64,000 bases of DNA from Trypanosoma brucei. Its lineage: Eukaryota. Shown in pieces: positions 12,001-18,792 of the stretch (positions are counted from its first letter, which is position 1; each line of letters starts with the position of its first letter). The position numbers and the translations under genes were made by a program. The notes under the pieces were generated by a model, which was not told the origin of the DNA, searched no databases, and saw only the letters and a list, made by a program, of their open reading frames with translations. The stretch is taken from the NCBI GenBank assembly GCA_000002445.1, contig CP000069.1:928001-992000 (forward strand), in the 5' to 3' direction.

Positions 12001-13045
12001 GAAGAGGGAAGTAAGCATTGATATAATATCGACGAGTGAAGGGATTTTACAGGGCGCCATTGTCTTCCTTTGTCAGAGTAGGGAAGAATATTCTCGGGCA
12101 CTGGACCTGTCATTTAAGGTGGTACCAAAGGTTATGTCAGCAAAAGCGGAACTTATTGCACCAGTGCGGACGACAGCAACATACAAACTTCCGATTACGA
12201 ATCCCTTGAACAAGAATGTAACATTTACTATACGGGTAGAAAATGGCAGTGACGTGATCTCTGTAGATTCTCAAATTACAGTAAAAGAAAAGAGCACGGT
12301 TGAGCTTCCTATAAACTTCTTTCCACTGGTTCACAAGGAGTACCCCGTTGCAACAGTGACGGCGGCAAGCAATGAAATTGGGAGTGTTGTATGTAAATTG
12401 CATCTTCGATCCATTGCCCCACGGCCGTCGGTAGTTACGCGGGTGTCGTGCCCACTCGGGCAAAATGTGGAGTTTCCACTGAAGTTTACGTCATACAGTA
12501 AAACGAACTGTGAGTTTACAATAAGGTTACCCGATGAGTCGAAATTCTCGCCTTTCTCGAGGATAGCAAACTCTAGTAGTATCAAAGTGCAGGGTTGTTC
12601 ACGGTCAGAGGGGACAGAAGTGACGGTAGATATGTTGTACGAACCCTCAACTGTCGGTGATGATAGACAAACTATTGAAATAGTGTCGCAAACAGCTGGT
12701 GTTTACATTTTCCCCATTGTTGGTACATGCCTGCCACCGCGCCGTCAGGGCCCCTTTGCTGTTCGAACAAATCAGACCACACCAATCACATTCAAGAATG
12801 TGTTCAACGAGGCCATGACCATTAACGTTTCAACGGATTCTCCTTGCTTTGTCGTTAGCAAAACAACGGAGACAATACCACCCAAGAAAGTTATTTCGAT
12901 TGGAGTTCAGCATCGATGGGATGAGGAGCGGCGTGATGCGTACGCATCTAAGCTTACAATCAGTGGGGTGCACAAAGGAGAAACAATTAGTTGGATTTAC
13001 TACCTAAAACTTGCTACAGCCGACCAGCAAACACCTCCTCCATGA
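2..13045 (+). CDS. HYDIN: Hydin (flagellar central-pair protein), 5'-truncated at the window edge. It contains an internal adenylate-kinase-like P-loop domain around nt 4800-5400.
   Basis: The 4342-aa frame is open to position 2 with no upstream ATG, so the N-terminus lies outside the window. It shows dozens of repeated Ig/ASH-like modules with recurring FDFG....K.L.N.G-type signatures. An embedded P-loop (VIVVVGPPCSGKTTQTQKL) matches the Hydin_ADK arrangement that is characteristic of hydin. Stop codon at 13043-13045. Confidence 0.8.
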   Translation, partial: RNKGKLDCQWRAVCQAPFAISPSSGVVPSEGGVLPVSIVFTPPKLQTYSGSIVFLLGPEENAVQELPVSGSAMELSIIQDKSEALFPDTFVTLESQVMISVRNESDRTIHFTWKAEQTDHQEKCATENAIAEQSGALTYAVLSNAEHESTRQRLAREYIDHITKGGRVFDDDVFTIEPVSGVIYGKGSREFIVTFNPQLAVSYLSTAYLDIEGKNQRLPLQMKGKGLAPLCELEFTTLDIGDIVVGAVHEYRVEIINKGCVEARYKVMPQDTLMGRKFSFSPPEGVLPPGTTETFVIRLESDLLGIILETFNIHIHGALDGLKLFFRGRVTSPSLQFNRKELNFGNVSYTTHHSCSLQVMNTGSFDIRYKLRIPESSPLCNCITVTPCEGLIPEGGVHDICVDLVSNALGSRETKLLVDVEDVGDAVHTLPIKFFCLVPTLQPSQDQLHYGHCFVGHNYTMNLEVVNKTALVGKFSVFLQELLDTQADTAIVSIGSPDNTDGVEVIEARSRCLVPITLTPLAVGELRMTLYVRVLGSEEQLMPVLVTASACGPTVVAVPRHLSFGGLQLLDEKELQLTLTNMSSITAYFTTEFLLGAAKTEEPVFFLEPTEGEIEPEGTFIIKVRARLDEARTFEEKIRVAVRHSEKTSQVIDVVANGKGYALVPQDDADEFDFGDIFTETTVEKKLIILNKGRRDIEVIWSGLSRNRAGRGGMPNVFSVNPEMALIPARKSYEFVVQGYATTKGVFSDCFTLKDKNRYKVVLSKSVQGNFITPSIAYSTKKVVFDYIYGTEGDTGCAVTTKTFTMKNTCTRTLHVSLRCLTPANGSSSPFTLENPTTFALSSGETRIVGVTCDALYRRDNIAHSAKGRVLVTFSNHTTTEYVYLTVNIALPNVSIVPDTRQLNFGSVLADTEKRLQITLTNLSEIVSANFHWGIETLGHPAATSNAKVPLAEEEEREEQQEQQLIRKHFDIIPFRGSIPPGGKTVVEAVFYGARGRHEANAKCSLEGGPSYSVNLIGWSDVAVRFDRTSLDFGIMHYKDRATRTICISSPLRVAVPFSVDLTRLKQPESLTVRPLRGTVTTKVYLTVTFGPMIPEEVIETFTVQVGHLHPQVIKVRGLGQVSTMSVVPGEKNVKLRRVEDPIFQEFFNELSKREWVPHHTKMGSSNPIPHVDPSVLEAERLTLCQTILPTRELVPSVCSASPPPQTTTSEGQQEEIPPLLARYILDFGHVTRQDVRTAKLLLVNTSTCSTSISLEKNSQQPPVVTVEPLKIPTMAPISHTEFVVTLHASEIEKGSTGADRREITLNLAKGPRVIIEVHYYLATPMLTPESHVVDFGDLRPGHIHVKNVHFYNNEAAPCSWTFKLIETKKKGEAQDPRRSPSIETVYKKQFKIGKERGILPPYSCMAVQMSFHSWYVGPAKARLRLRFASNPNDEYMTIIGNVRDVKVNISPTPVNFLPLLPCEAVYHTLTITNNEEHPIEVVCMNYDQKVRIERRALQRFLQGVTPTQEEKGLYLPLREAGDALPEGLLDATFENLNAEETALEFVGVDESLERALERRRGSYSSRAGQIGRQPSRRQSMDKPDAIALRSKSLSCKNSFSVVNPKVIVVVGPPCSGKTTQTQKLKESSGVVELDLDAMILSEAEFDTAEGELIRGLLSDYDKLHAAPPVMPTGRHSDKLNPLLPLANSKVVILLHTLVVRQLKKVDNVTAVVIDDLKSIITENREAVLFAISKAAQVTGMTLKIISLGVSEVTADLRRNLDIQRKCNETAEAAKIPLLTEEEYEELSEGERDTYNHQLLYYNKCKRDLADVTKEVTRLAEEKENNEQHTVQKVIDAEMAAKEEMEERMRASTKGKRYVPEQRPAPVWHKLSDLERYKELYIHLRERKDLDHIIVDGENCKDLTEHVISNENSNGALDAFLRGSVTENANDKNRLINIWNFGANGVWEFVSEEYLNTTHEAYEGLRIFSRTPRDLSTKKNPKGAVPVVASPLVEASRWLIAPMSSTDVTLVFCSSRLGQFSTPLTFGITGTSQQIVVPVATSTLYPDICRDEKRIFRTVKTRAVAGRQVSGVFLLSKRSYEFGPLIVHGNDGSACGNSKVSSSLRNESPSMGKSTSSFRGWVAQDTLTLTNDGIVPAEVNMSFGKEKDLTFAVAPNKVTIPVGETVTVMLRANPESIGEITAKLVVTVRDNPAPWFVNVSCIGTRPSVTLDGKRDLVVQYGRSLVTRPVEKTFTISNVSFVPVHWRITGMDKLPNEFELSATSGVLEVSGAQKLALAFKPIKPGMHSLSLKVEVMDSEEALYESLPLTIKAEAHDAVVEWTRHVNFKMIHVGETKKELIRILNKSPYDIGYMLRMPKALQNVITLSPVSGTVRGLIGYRDAAIASVEVSIRFDREGEIPPTLGVIEASFYDPQSNELLYPVQNITVTGEAWYNQFSVRPSFIDFGPCVAHQKKVSTFELRNTGRFPLNFKLFNYKKAMSVSTPEEEEFVPRRGRKTAKGDVGFQLGSFNISPNVGVVGVGDSCTFNVTSVLSNLQDQREVLGIHVDHCDPEIEKTGTAFHIVASPTTPGIVGNLSSSLDVETVFEEQQIVTSLSCFNGPVRAFAKEECLFSFGQSLLGSRVEERFRIANLCTLTCTVKVRLLPKNMYEWKEKDRKDRKDKSAHGTAEGFLLLIDGELREEGTIELSSFESRFVTVCFAPQTLQSFTARFEAIAVDGTNPATNSLRFDLAGEGILPTVQYIFPPPLQITAPIIVNTVSGTGGKGKGKESRKAAVAKPTAHEVAPPPPADTIQMPLTFVGSSVTRCFRVRNNSDIPVHIRLTAPDDVPLGMTVTKLKEQLLVPPTGEEAFSVTLAPHKVDKWKTRLRVSVTENPFDDRELWVVGESFHRPISFHNTDPLMEERLTLGYWYLSQVKEHTFTVANNTPFAVRFEWNQSSRALSFSPRVGHLPSGASRDITVRLYSEAVSKDNVLCVMQVTSIECVDGDDWDDRQTKERWLSTVVSETDDVSAISDGEGRPTFRKVVGAVAEPAYRATENFSCNKNLVVSYACEPTTYELTLPSNENVELSEGITFPTTKIFQKRFITMRIENTGPNVLPFSIEVKKNEDEERTSLDLSGVFIAEPSSGAVEPHTTCDVRVTFAPKCVDVADRVLVVNLKHSAKPQHIIPLQGSAECPLVHFNIPQCDYFSTRVDGEAGSVILPNTIPVVFNVCGLNTKSVVTFKVINPTATIQRYEWISNEMSRHLAPFRCLTPAGSISAGKQCEMAFEYTSTSLATRESLWNFFISGQTSVPFMLVGKAHEPNLFLNVNKVFFGGTPVGSKNERVVILENKEDSPFSFSFDNASMNSEKDFVGMKPTRGVVQAKSSVQITIWFCPKEEIAVNMKLVCRVKRASNPLTINVKGEGLRTHSSMCIEDVEGAEHKEPIVVTPYHPFQYNLGRTQVNTIVKKKLVISNEGSCPFDFVMTTPEHRFLTFSGTFGTLQPKQRAEVTLVYFPTSSEALRNLTLACRISKRVVYTIRLSAASYTPKVMLGFSRYDFGLCFVSEYMCGQTPPSVLLNLTNGETDESVTVDYILPEGQYFDMDTASTVLAPGETKRAKITFNPAEVGEFGCDLKLLVNGHYPLFVPIRGEGVVPRIEVSSRFLRLGVARIGERRTAELRLECRSRTLTTVSLANCIDVELAARGISLFPSEEFVMRPDEARTITAVFKPQSRMAEFQREISMVVCGKEMPFALITASCEDAEVHLDVQNVLFNNVVVGAVSTQRVVIMNSGDISQRFSWDAAMKTNRDLKIIPAAGVIRAHAEQACELTYNPTQVGSSIHQTFLLEFDNAPPIPLNLEAHCVDIPKPDTVLEFTCKIRSSVTKTLTIENPTNTVWTLRPTINNKFWSTVKSLTVNPKSRALLSVTYSPFLYTKEKDIGNLFIPLPSGEGRSVQLEGIPQSAFEGGSANEKVVEANTVHTEIFELQNDTPNTLRFRSSANWLTEPDKGTVTVKMPMTIDVPAKQKREVSIDIISTSEGILQGAIVFLCQSREEYSRALDLSFKVVPKVMSAKAELIAPVRTTATYKLPITNPLNKNVTFTIRVENGSDVISVDSQITVKEKSTVELPINFFPLVHKEYPVATVTAASNEIGSVVCKLHLRSIAPRPSVVTRVSCPLGQNVEFPLKFTSYSKTNCEFTIRLPDESKFSPFSRIANSSSIKVQGCSRSEGTEVTVDMLYEPSTVGDDRQTIEIVSQTAGVYIFPIVGTCLPPRRQGPFAVRTNQTTPITFKNVFNEAMTINVSTDSPCFVVSKTTETIPPKKVISIGVQHRWDEERRDAYASKLTISGVHKGETISWIYYLKLATADQQTPPP
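4800..5400 (+). other. Adenylate-kinase-like (P-loop) domain embedded in hydin
   Basis: Walker A GPPCSGKTTQ at about 4836-4862 followed by an ADK-like segment. Hydin proteins are known to contain such an ADK-like insert. Confidence 0.6.
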
Positions 13046-13680
13046 GAGGCGGGTTGGGTAATCGAGTGAAGGGAGGGGTTTACCTTTGAGAATTTGGGTG
13101 ACGCCCCCTTTTTTCTTTTTTCTACATGAATGTAATGAGAAAATGAGAAGGTGTGGGTCCTAAGTCATTGACGGCCTTATTCGGTGTAGTCATGATCAGC
13201 ACAAAGGAAGTATATATTTATATGTTGGAGGGGGCGGTGGGGTTTGGAACCTTTGGTGTTGGTGGTGTTAGTTCGGAAGTTGCTGTGTTCGTGGATTCAT
13301 GTAAATAAATTATACTTTCTTTGCTTCATTCTGAAGTATAATTCAGCAGAGAGTGGGAGGCAAAGGAACGAAAACACCATGAAAGAACGCGGCTGAAAGC
13401 TGCGTCCTATACAGAATTTGTCGTTGATGTTTGATTGTCGTTACCATTAAATGATGTATAATGTGTAGACAGGTGATTTTTTTTTCAAATAGACAAATAC
13501 CAACATAACAAGGTAAGCAACATTCGATGTGATGAGATGCTCGTTGCGTTGGAAACGGAGAGGTCTTAGTAGCTAGAGAGAAAGATAGGCAAATGAGAGA
13601 AGTATGTTACGGAAATTGATTAGTAAATTCATGAAACATTGATGATTACGATACGGAAGGACGAGGGCCACGTCTTTTTT

Positions 13681-13790
13681 GTTTCGATTTTCAGGTTTAT
13701 TTTGTTTGTCGTTTCTTTCTTTCCCATTCACGTGTTTACTCTTCTTTTCCCTCTCGAGAATCTCCTCCTCACTCTTGTTTGTTGGGATGC
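13681..13790 (+). promoter_or_regulatory. Long polypyrimidine tract in the hydin-SF3a60 spacer, a candidate trans-splicing/polyadenylation signal
   Basis: gtttcgattttcaggtttattttgtttgtcgtttctttctttcccattcacgtgtttactcttcttttccctctcgagaatctcctcctcactcttgtttgttgg seen directly. Confidence 0.35.
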
Positions 13791-14150
13791 AACTGACCAT
13801 AGCATCATCGTTCCCCCCCCTTTAACTGTTTCTTTACATGGTTAGACTGGGCGTTCACTTTAAGTGAGTGTTTCAAAGATATACGAAGAAGAGTGCTTTG
13901 TCGATAACCTCAGCAACCGAGAGAAACAGTAGTTGTGCTGCTGCAAAATGCTTGCTACGTTTTGTAGTTTGTTCTAATTTATTACTTTCCCTTTCTCTAT
14001 TTATTTTGTCTATATATTTTATACTTACGTTGATTTACATATTCTTGGGGGGGGGGCACATAGGGTTGTTCGTTTGATCATCTCCTAACATTGTCCATAC
14101 ACACGCAGAAAGAAGACGATCTTCGTCATCTCTAGTGACAAGTGGGTTCC

Positions 14151-15779
14151 ATGTTTGGTGGAGTTTTAGAAAAGATTCGGCTTTTTGAAGCTGACATTGA
14201 GCGTCACATCGACAGCATTGTACAGCAACTACTCATTGAGGATATCTCGAACAAACGTCATCAGCTTCTTCGAGATTACTTTATAATACAACAAGCTGAG
14301 GCTGTTGAACCCATTGCTGAGAAACTATTGGATATTTATCTTGATCAGGACGATATTGTGTCAGCCCAGGAGGCTCCGGCGGAGGGTGAAGCAGTTTACA
14401 GCAATGCGCTGAAGGAGTTTGAGGCTCGCATTGCTGACATCCGGGAGTATCACCGAACCTTTAGAGACGTTCCTACGGTGAAGTGTGAGCTTGATCTACC
14501 CGATGTGAATGCACTTGATAACGTTTTTACACTCGCAGAGAGGTATGGCAGTTGCCTTGACCTGGAGGCCCATTATCATCGGTACAGCAACTTTATGCTT
14601 TCGACCAGCAAACGGGCACTTGAAACAAATCACACGGTGGGGACTGCATGGCCTGGTCGGGTTGAGTATCTTACCTTTGTGACCAGTGTTATAAACATAA
14701 TACTCAATGATGTGGACCCTTATCGCAAGGTATATGGCTTCTGGTCTTATAAGGAATTCGTGGAGGAGTTGCTCAAATACCTGGTTCATTTTCACAAACG
14801 TGTACTGGTAATGGAAAGTGATGTACTTGAATCAACACTCGCCAAGTGCGATGCGGACGCTGAGGAATTCTGGTCGAAGCTTGTGGAGCATAAGAAATCT
14901 GTAGTAACCATTAGTAGCACAGCTGTGGCGCTACCGGGGACATCTGGGAAGTCTGTATCCTCGCTGCATGCCCCTGCACCACTGCGGAGGTATGTGAAGG
15001 CATTTGCACTGTGGCCCATAACTTACGTGGAATCCGTTACACCTTCTGAGATTGAGAAGCCACCTTCACTCGAAGAAGTCAAGGCTGTGGTGCACATTGA
15101 GGCAAAAATCGTTGTCTTGCTTCAAACTCTTTTGTTCGAACACCTACAAGAGACAGAAAAGGTTCTTCTGCGTGATTACAGTAAAACAGTGGAGGAACTG
15201 GAGTGGGAGAGGGATAACATGCAGGCGGAGTTCCTTCGATCTGTAGAGGAGGCAAAAAAGAGATGCGCCACCACTGTTGAAGGAAGTGTTGTACAGGCTG
15301 CCCAACATGAGGTTGCTGTTGCCTTCGCCCCCGAGGAGGGTAAAGAGGTTCCCACAGCTAATGGCGTTTTAGCACCCGGGACGAAGGCGGGCGATACCAA
15401 CGACCAACTACTCGATAGTGACGGGAAACCAGTTGCACGGTGGCTGGTGTGTTTGCAGCAACTGCATAAGAGATTTTACTGCGAGGTATGTGGTGGAACT
15501 GTATATATTGGTCCCAAGGTGTTCAAGGACCACTTCGGTGCGGAGAGACATGCGGAAGGGTTGCGACGACTTGGTGTTACTCTTCACTTGAAGAATTATG
15601 AAGGTATTTCGTCCATACGTAAGGTAATTGAGATGCGGGATAAAGTGATGGGAAACAGTCGTAGTCTACGAAAGCGCATTCATGCTGATCAGGAAGATGA
15701 AGAAATGCAAGATGCCCAGGGAAACGTGATTACCGCGGGTGCTTACAGAAAGTTTCAGATGTCGAGGAAAACAGGTTGA
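14151..15779 (+). CDS. SF3A3: Splicing factor 3a subunit 3 (SF3a60/SF3A3/Prp9) homolog
   Basis: The C-terminal U1/matrin-type C2H2 finger (YCEVCGGTVYIGPKVFKDHFGAERHAEGLRRLGV) and the tail (EDEEMQDAQGNVITAGAYRKFQ) align closely with the human SF3A3 C-terminus. The ORF-track start at 14142 is GTG, and the first ATG is at 14151. Confidence 0.8.
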   Translation: MFGGVLEKIRLFEADIERHIDSIVQQLLIEDISNKRHQLLRDYFIIQQAEAVEPIAEKLLDIYLDQDDIVSAQEAPAEGEAVYSNALKEFEARIADIREYHRTFRDVPTVKCELDLPDVNALDNVFTLAERYGSCLDLEAHYHRYSNFMLSTSKRALETNHTVGTAWPGRVEYLTFVTSVINIILNDVDPYRKVYGFWSYKEFVEELLKYLVHFHKRVLVMESDVLESTLAKCDADAEEFWSKLVEHKKSVVTISSTAVALPGTSGKSVSSLHAPAPLRRYVKAFALWPITYVESVTPSEIEKPPSLEEVKAVVHIEAKIVVLLQTLLFEHLQETEKVLLRDYSKTVEELEWERDNMQAEFLRSVEEAKKRCATTVEGSVVQAAQHEVAVAFAPEEGKEVPTANGVLAPGTKAGDTNDQLLDSDGKPVARWLVCLQQLHKRFYCEVCGGTVYIGPKVFKDHFGAERHAEGLRRLGVTLHLKNYEGISSIRKVIEMRDKVMGNSRSLRKRIHADQEDEEMQDAQGNVITAGAYRKFQMSRKTG

Positions 15780-16263
15780 TTGGCAACTCGTAAAGAATAG
15801 TTATTATACCTGCTGCTGTGCACCTCCCGTTGTGTTTGCGTATGTGCACAATTTCTGTTAGGTTGCGAGATTGTTTCGCATAAGTACTTGGTAAGTTTGT
15901 TGTGATTTGGTTGCTGTGTAGCAGGTTAAGCTGCTAGCTTTGTTGTTTGTGTGTGTGCTCGTAATCCCAACTAAAATGGGAGGACCTGTGCAGAATCATA
16001 AGTCACTTCACCTCCTTTTACACTTCTTATCATCAACATCATGAATAATGCCACTAACGAGTGCGAGTGTCTGTGGCATCCACTGGCTCTGCACTTTTTT
16101 TTTTAAAGCTTATATTATTGTGTGTTCTCTCAATTATTGTCTTTACAGTTGTAGGAGTTTCTCGTTTGCTGAAAAAGGAGAGAAAGTGTTTACTATTTTT
16201 ATATATACATGATTTTTTTTTCACTTTTGTTCTTTTGCTCTTTTCAATTACTGCCAATTGGAC

Positions 16264-17766
16264 ATGGTGTCGGTTCCTTTCCCCATGGTTTTAGAAAGGA
16301 AGAGGAGTAGGAACGAAGCTATGACGTCCAGTCGTGCGGCAGGGCGACTACGTTCCGCTACGAAACGAACTGAAAAGATAAAGGAACAAGTCATGAAATC
16401 TTCCACGTCTGTGTCACGCAGGACGATACCCCCTTCACAGCGGAAAATGTTAGAACAAACGCAATCGGTTTCACAACTTTCTGAGGCATCGACGGGGAAT
16501 TTACCTCCGCACAAACTTTCGCAGCGCGAATTGGTTCGTGTTCATGGCTGGGAACCTGTTGTAAAACCTCTGCGGGATACCGATGCGGTGTCTCTTCCTG
16601 GCACAGCTACCACAGGTGTTGTGTGGAGGAATGATATCACGAATGCGACACTCATACCGAACGACGTGGGTGGCGGTGTTCGTACGCGTAGAGCGGCGGC
16701 AAGACTTGCTGCTGGTGTAGAACCCCCAAACTATTTGGTATACTCTCGTGACCCACACGTTAAGTCTAAGCGTAGGGGACAACATAATGTACACGTTACT
16801 GAAGATGTGCCTTCTGCTAGTGCCTCGGGCGCCGTTTTGAGTGGCGTTTCATTAACTTTATCCAAGGCGGTGCGCAGCAGATGGCGTGGGATTAAAAGTG
16901 TTGACAATGGGGAGAATAAACAACAGGATGGTAATGAGATCGGTGAGGATAAGCCAAACAGCGTTGGTGACGACGATGCAAAATTCGTAGGTGAGGGAAA
17001 TGGTGAGAAGAGACAGGATGGACGAGTGAAAAAAAGCGAAGGGCCAGAAGAAATAGAAGAGGAGAATGGAGCAGATTCCATAGATGCTAAGGAGGAAAAA
17101 GTTGGAAAAGTAGAAGACATGGGAGAAATGAAAGAAAACGTTGAGGAACAAAATAACAACCCCCACAGTGATGAAGAAATTACTGATCAATCTGAAGATG
17201 AAAAAGAGAGTGGGGAGGAGGTGGGGAATGAAACCCCCGCAGAAGATGCAGAAAATCGGGAAGGGGATGGTGACACGCCTCGAGGCCGGCGGCGGAGGGG
17301 TTTAGCGAGTTGGTTGTCTCGCCGTCGGAGTCGCTTTGGCTGTGAGCGGAGGAAGCGGAGACGAGCTGAAGCAGTTACCTCCGCTGATGGGCAGCAGCAG
17401 CAGCAGCAACAACAACGCATAGGTACCTTGTCTGCATCACAGGCGATGCTACCACCACCGTACAGGCGCAACCGCCGGTTAAAGCGAAAGCTTGATGTAA
17501 CGGAAGATTCTCCCATATTCGCATCGCATGCTGAGTTGCGGGATAAGGCATCACACATATTTGCGAGGGCTCCCTTTTCCACGGATGAGGATGTGTTGCG
17601 TTCGACTATCGACTGGCGGGACAATCCAACGCTGCTGTACGCCAGGTTGCTGTGGGAATTAGCTCCTCGTGAATTTCTTGGTATCGTTACGAAACGGCAA
17701 GAGGAAAGAACAGCGTCAAGCGTTCTCCAAGGAGCTAACTCGACTATATCGGTGAAGAAGGAGTAA
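16264..17766 (+). CDS. Hypothetical protein, acidic and low-complexity, with an Arg-rich NLS-like patch and a poly-Q tract
   Basis: Long ORF in the co-directional gene array. The ORF-track start is TTG, and the first ATG is at 16264. It contains RRRRGLASWLSRRRSRFGCERRKRRR and Q8 encoded by a CAG/CAA run. No family recognised. Confidence 0.45.
   Translation: MVSVPFPMVLERKRSRNEAMTSSRAAGRLRSATKRTEKIKEQVMKSSTSVSRRTIPPSQRKMLEQTQSVSQLSEASTGNLPPHKLSQRELVRVHGWEPVVKPLRDTDAVSLPGTATTGVVWRNDITNATLIPNDVGGGVRTRRAAARLAAGVEPPNYLVYSRDPHVKSKRRGQHNVHVTEDVPSASASGAVLSGVSLTLSKAVRSRWRGIKSVDNGENKQQDGNEIGEDKPNSVGDDDAKFVGEGNGEKRQDGRVKKSEGPEEIEEENGADSIDAKEEKVGKVEDMGEMKENVEEQNNNPHSDEEITDQSEDEKESGEEVGNETPAEDAENREGDGDTPRGRRRRGLASWLSRRRSRFGCERRKRRRAEAVTSADGQQQQQQQQRIGTLSASQAMLPPPYRRNRRLKRKLDVTEDSPIFASHAELRDKASHIFARAPFSTDEDVLRSTIDWRDNPTLLYARLLWELAPREFLGIVTKRQEERTASSVLQGANSTISVKKE
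17391..17416 (+). repeat. CAG/CAA trinucleotide run encoding Q8 inside CDS 16264-17766
   Basis: gcagcagcagcagcagcaacaacaac seen directly in the sequence. Confidence 0.9.
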
Positions 17767-18027
17767 TATCTGTATGAGCCCACTATTGTGAACAAAATCC
17801 TTTTCTTCCCCTTCCCTTTCGATGGGTTCCGCATTTCTTGTATCAAACACGCCGTCACCGGCGTCATTGCGCGGGTGTTAGAGCATTTAACGCATTCCTT
17901 GTAGTTACTGTTCCCTGGAATATAATCTTTATATTCCTTTGGTAAGGGATGAAGACGACATGATTTGGGTCTGGGAGGCGTGTAACCGTTTCAGAGGTCT
18001 CACATTGTCGTTGGATAAAAAATATCA

Positions 18028-18043
18028 ATATATATATATATAT
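18028..18043. repeat. (TA)n dinucleotide microsatellite in an intergenic spacer (a second (TA)n run lies at about 18438-18453)
   Basis: tatatatatatatata seen directly. Confidence 0.85.
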
Positions 18044-18792
18044 TTACACTCCGGGAGTACGTGGACGGAATGGCACATGCATCGTTTTATCGTCGGTTTT
18101 TTCTTTTCTGGTTTGTATCTCTCTTTTCCCGAATGGAATTGAAAAAAAAAATAGCGGTGACGAGCACATACTAATCTTTCCCTCATTATCGTTGAATTTG
18201 TTCCTTTTTTGCCTTCCCTCTCTTTATTTGCTCATCGAAACTTCATTGAATTTGTCTTATTTGTGAACGTATTTTCTCTTCCGTTTTTCCATTTACACTT
18301 GTACTCGAAATTAGGTTGAAGAAGGTCCGTTTCTTCATTGGCTGAGGCAAAGGAGGAACAAGAAAAAGGCTTGAAAACCGCAAAGCCCTTGTTGAAGGAT
18401 CTACTTTACGGAAGGTATTCACCTACAAAAAGCAACGTTATATATATATATATTTTATTATTCACCGATCAAGTTTTTTTTAAAAAAAGAGAGTTATACA
18501 CGAAAAAGTTAAAAAAACACAAAGGAAAAAAAATAGGAGAAACCCGTGGATTTGGCTACCACTGCGGAAAGGTGGGGCAGCAGTAAGAAGGAAAGGGGGG
18601 AACTCTTGACCCCTGCGAGGTGTCTTGAGCCATTAAAATACAAAAGTACTCAAGAACGAGATATACGTGATAACAAGAATCAATTCTTTTGTTCTGTATT
18701 ATACCTTTGTATCTCGTGTATTAGCCTTTTTTATTTTTGTTTTTGTGTACGCGGCACTGATTTTGGTACTTGTGGCGTGAGATCGGGTCATT

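Noticed and set aside
1054-12585. Numerous 60-140-aa minus-strand ORFs lying inside the hydin CDS
   Set aside because: They overlap a well-supported + strand gene in a unidirectional polycistronic array and have no recognisable features. Antisense ORFs of this size are expected by chance at about 50% GC.
13573-14077. Short ORFs (68-75 aa) in the hydin-SF3a60 spacer on both strands
   Set aside because: They translate polypyrimidine or AT-rich spacer (FFVSIFRFILFVVSFF-type peptides) and lack ATG context and any homology.
16731-17867. Minus-strand ORFs of 142-226 aa antisense to CDS 16264-17766
   Set aside because: They are low-complexity translations of the antisense of a GAA/GAG-rich acidic coding region (Ser/Phe/Leu-rich). 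This is a typical artefact of purine-rich sense strands.
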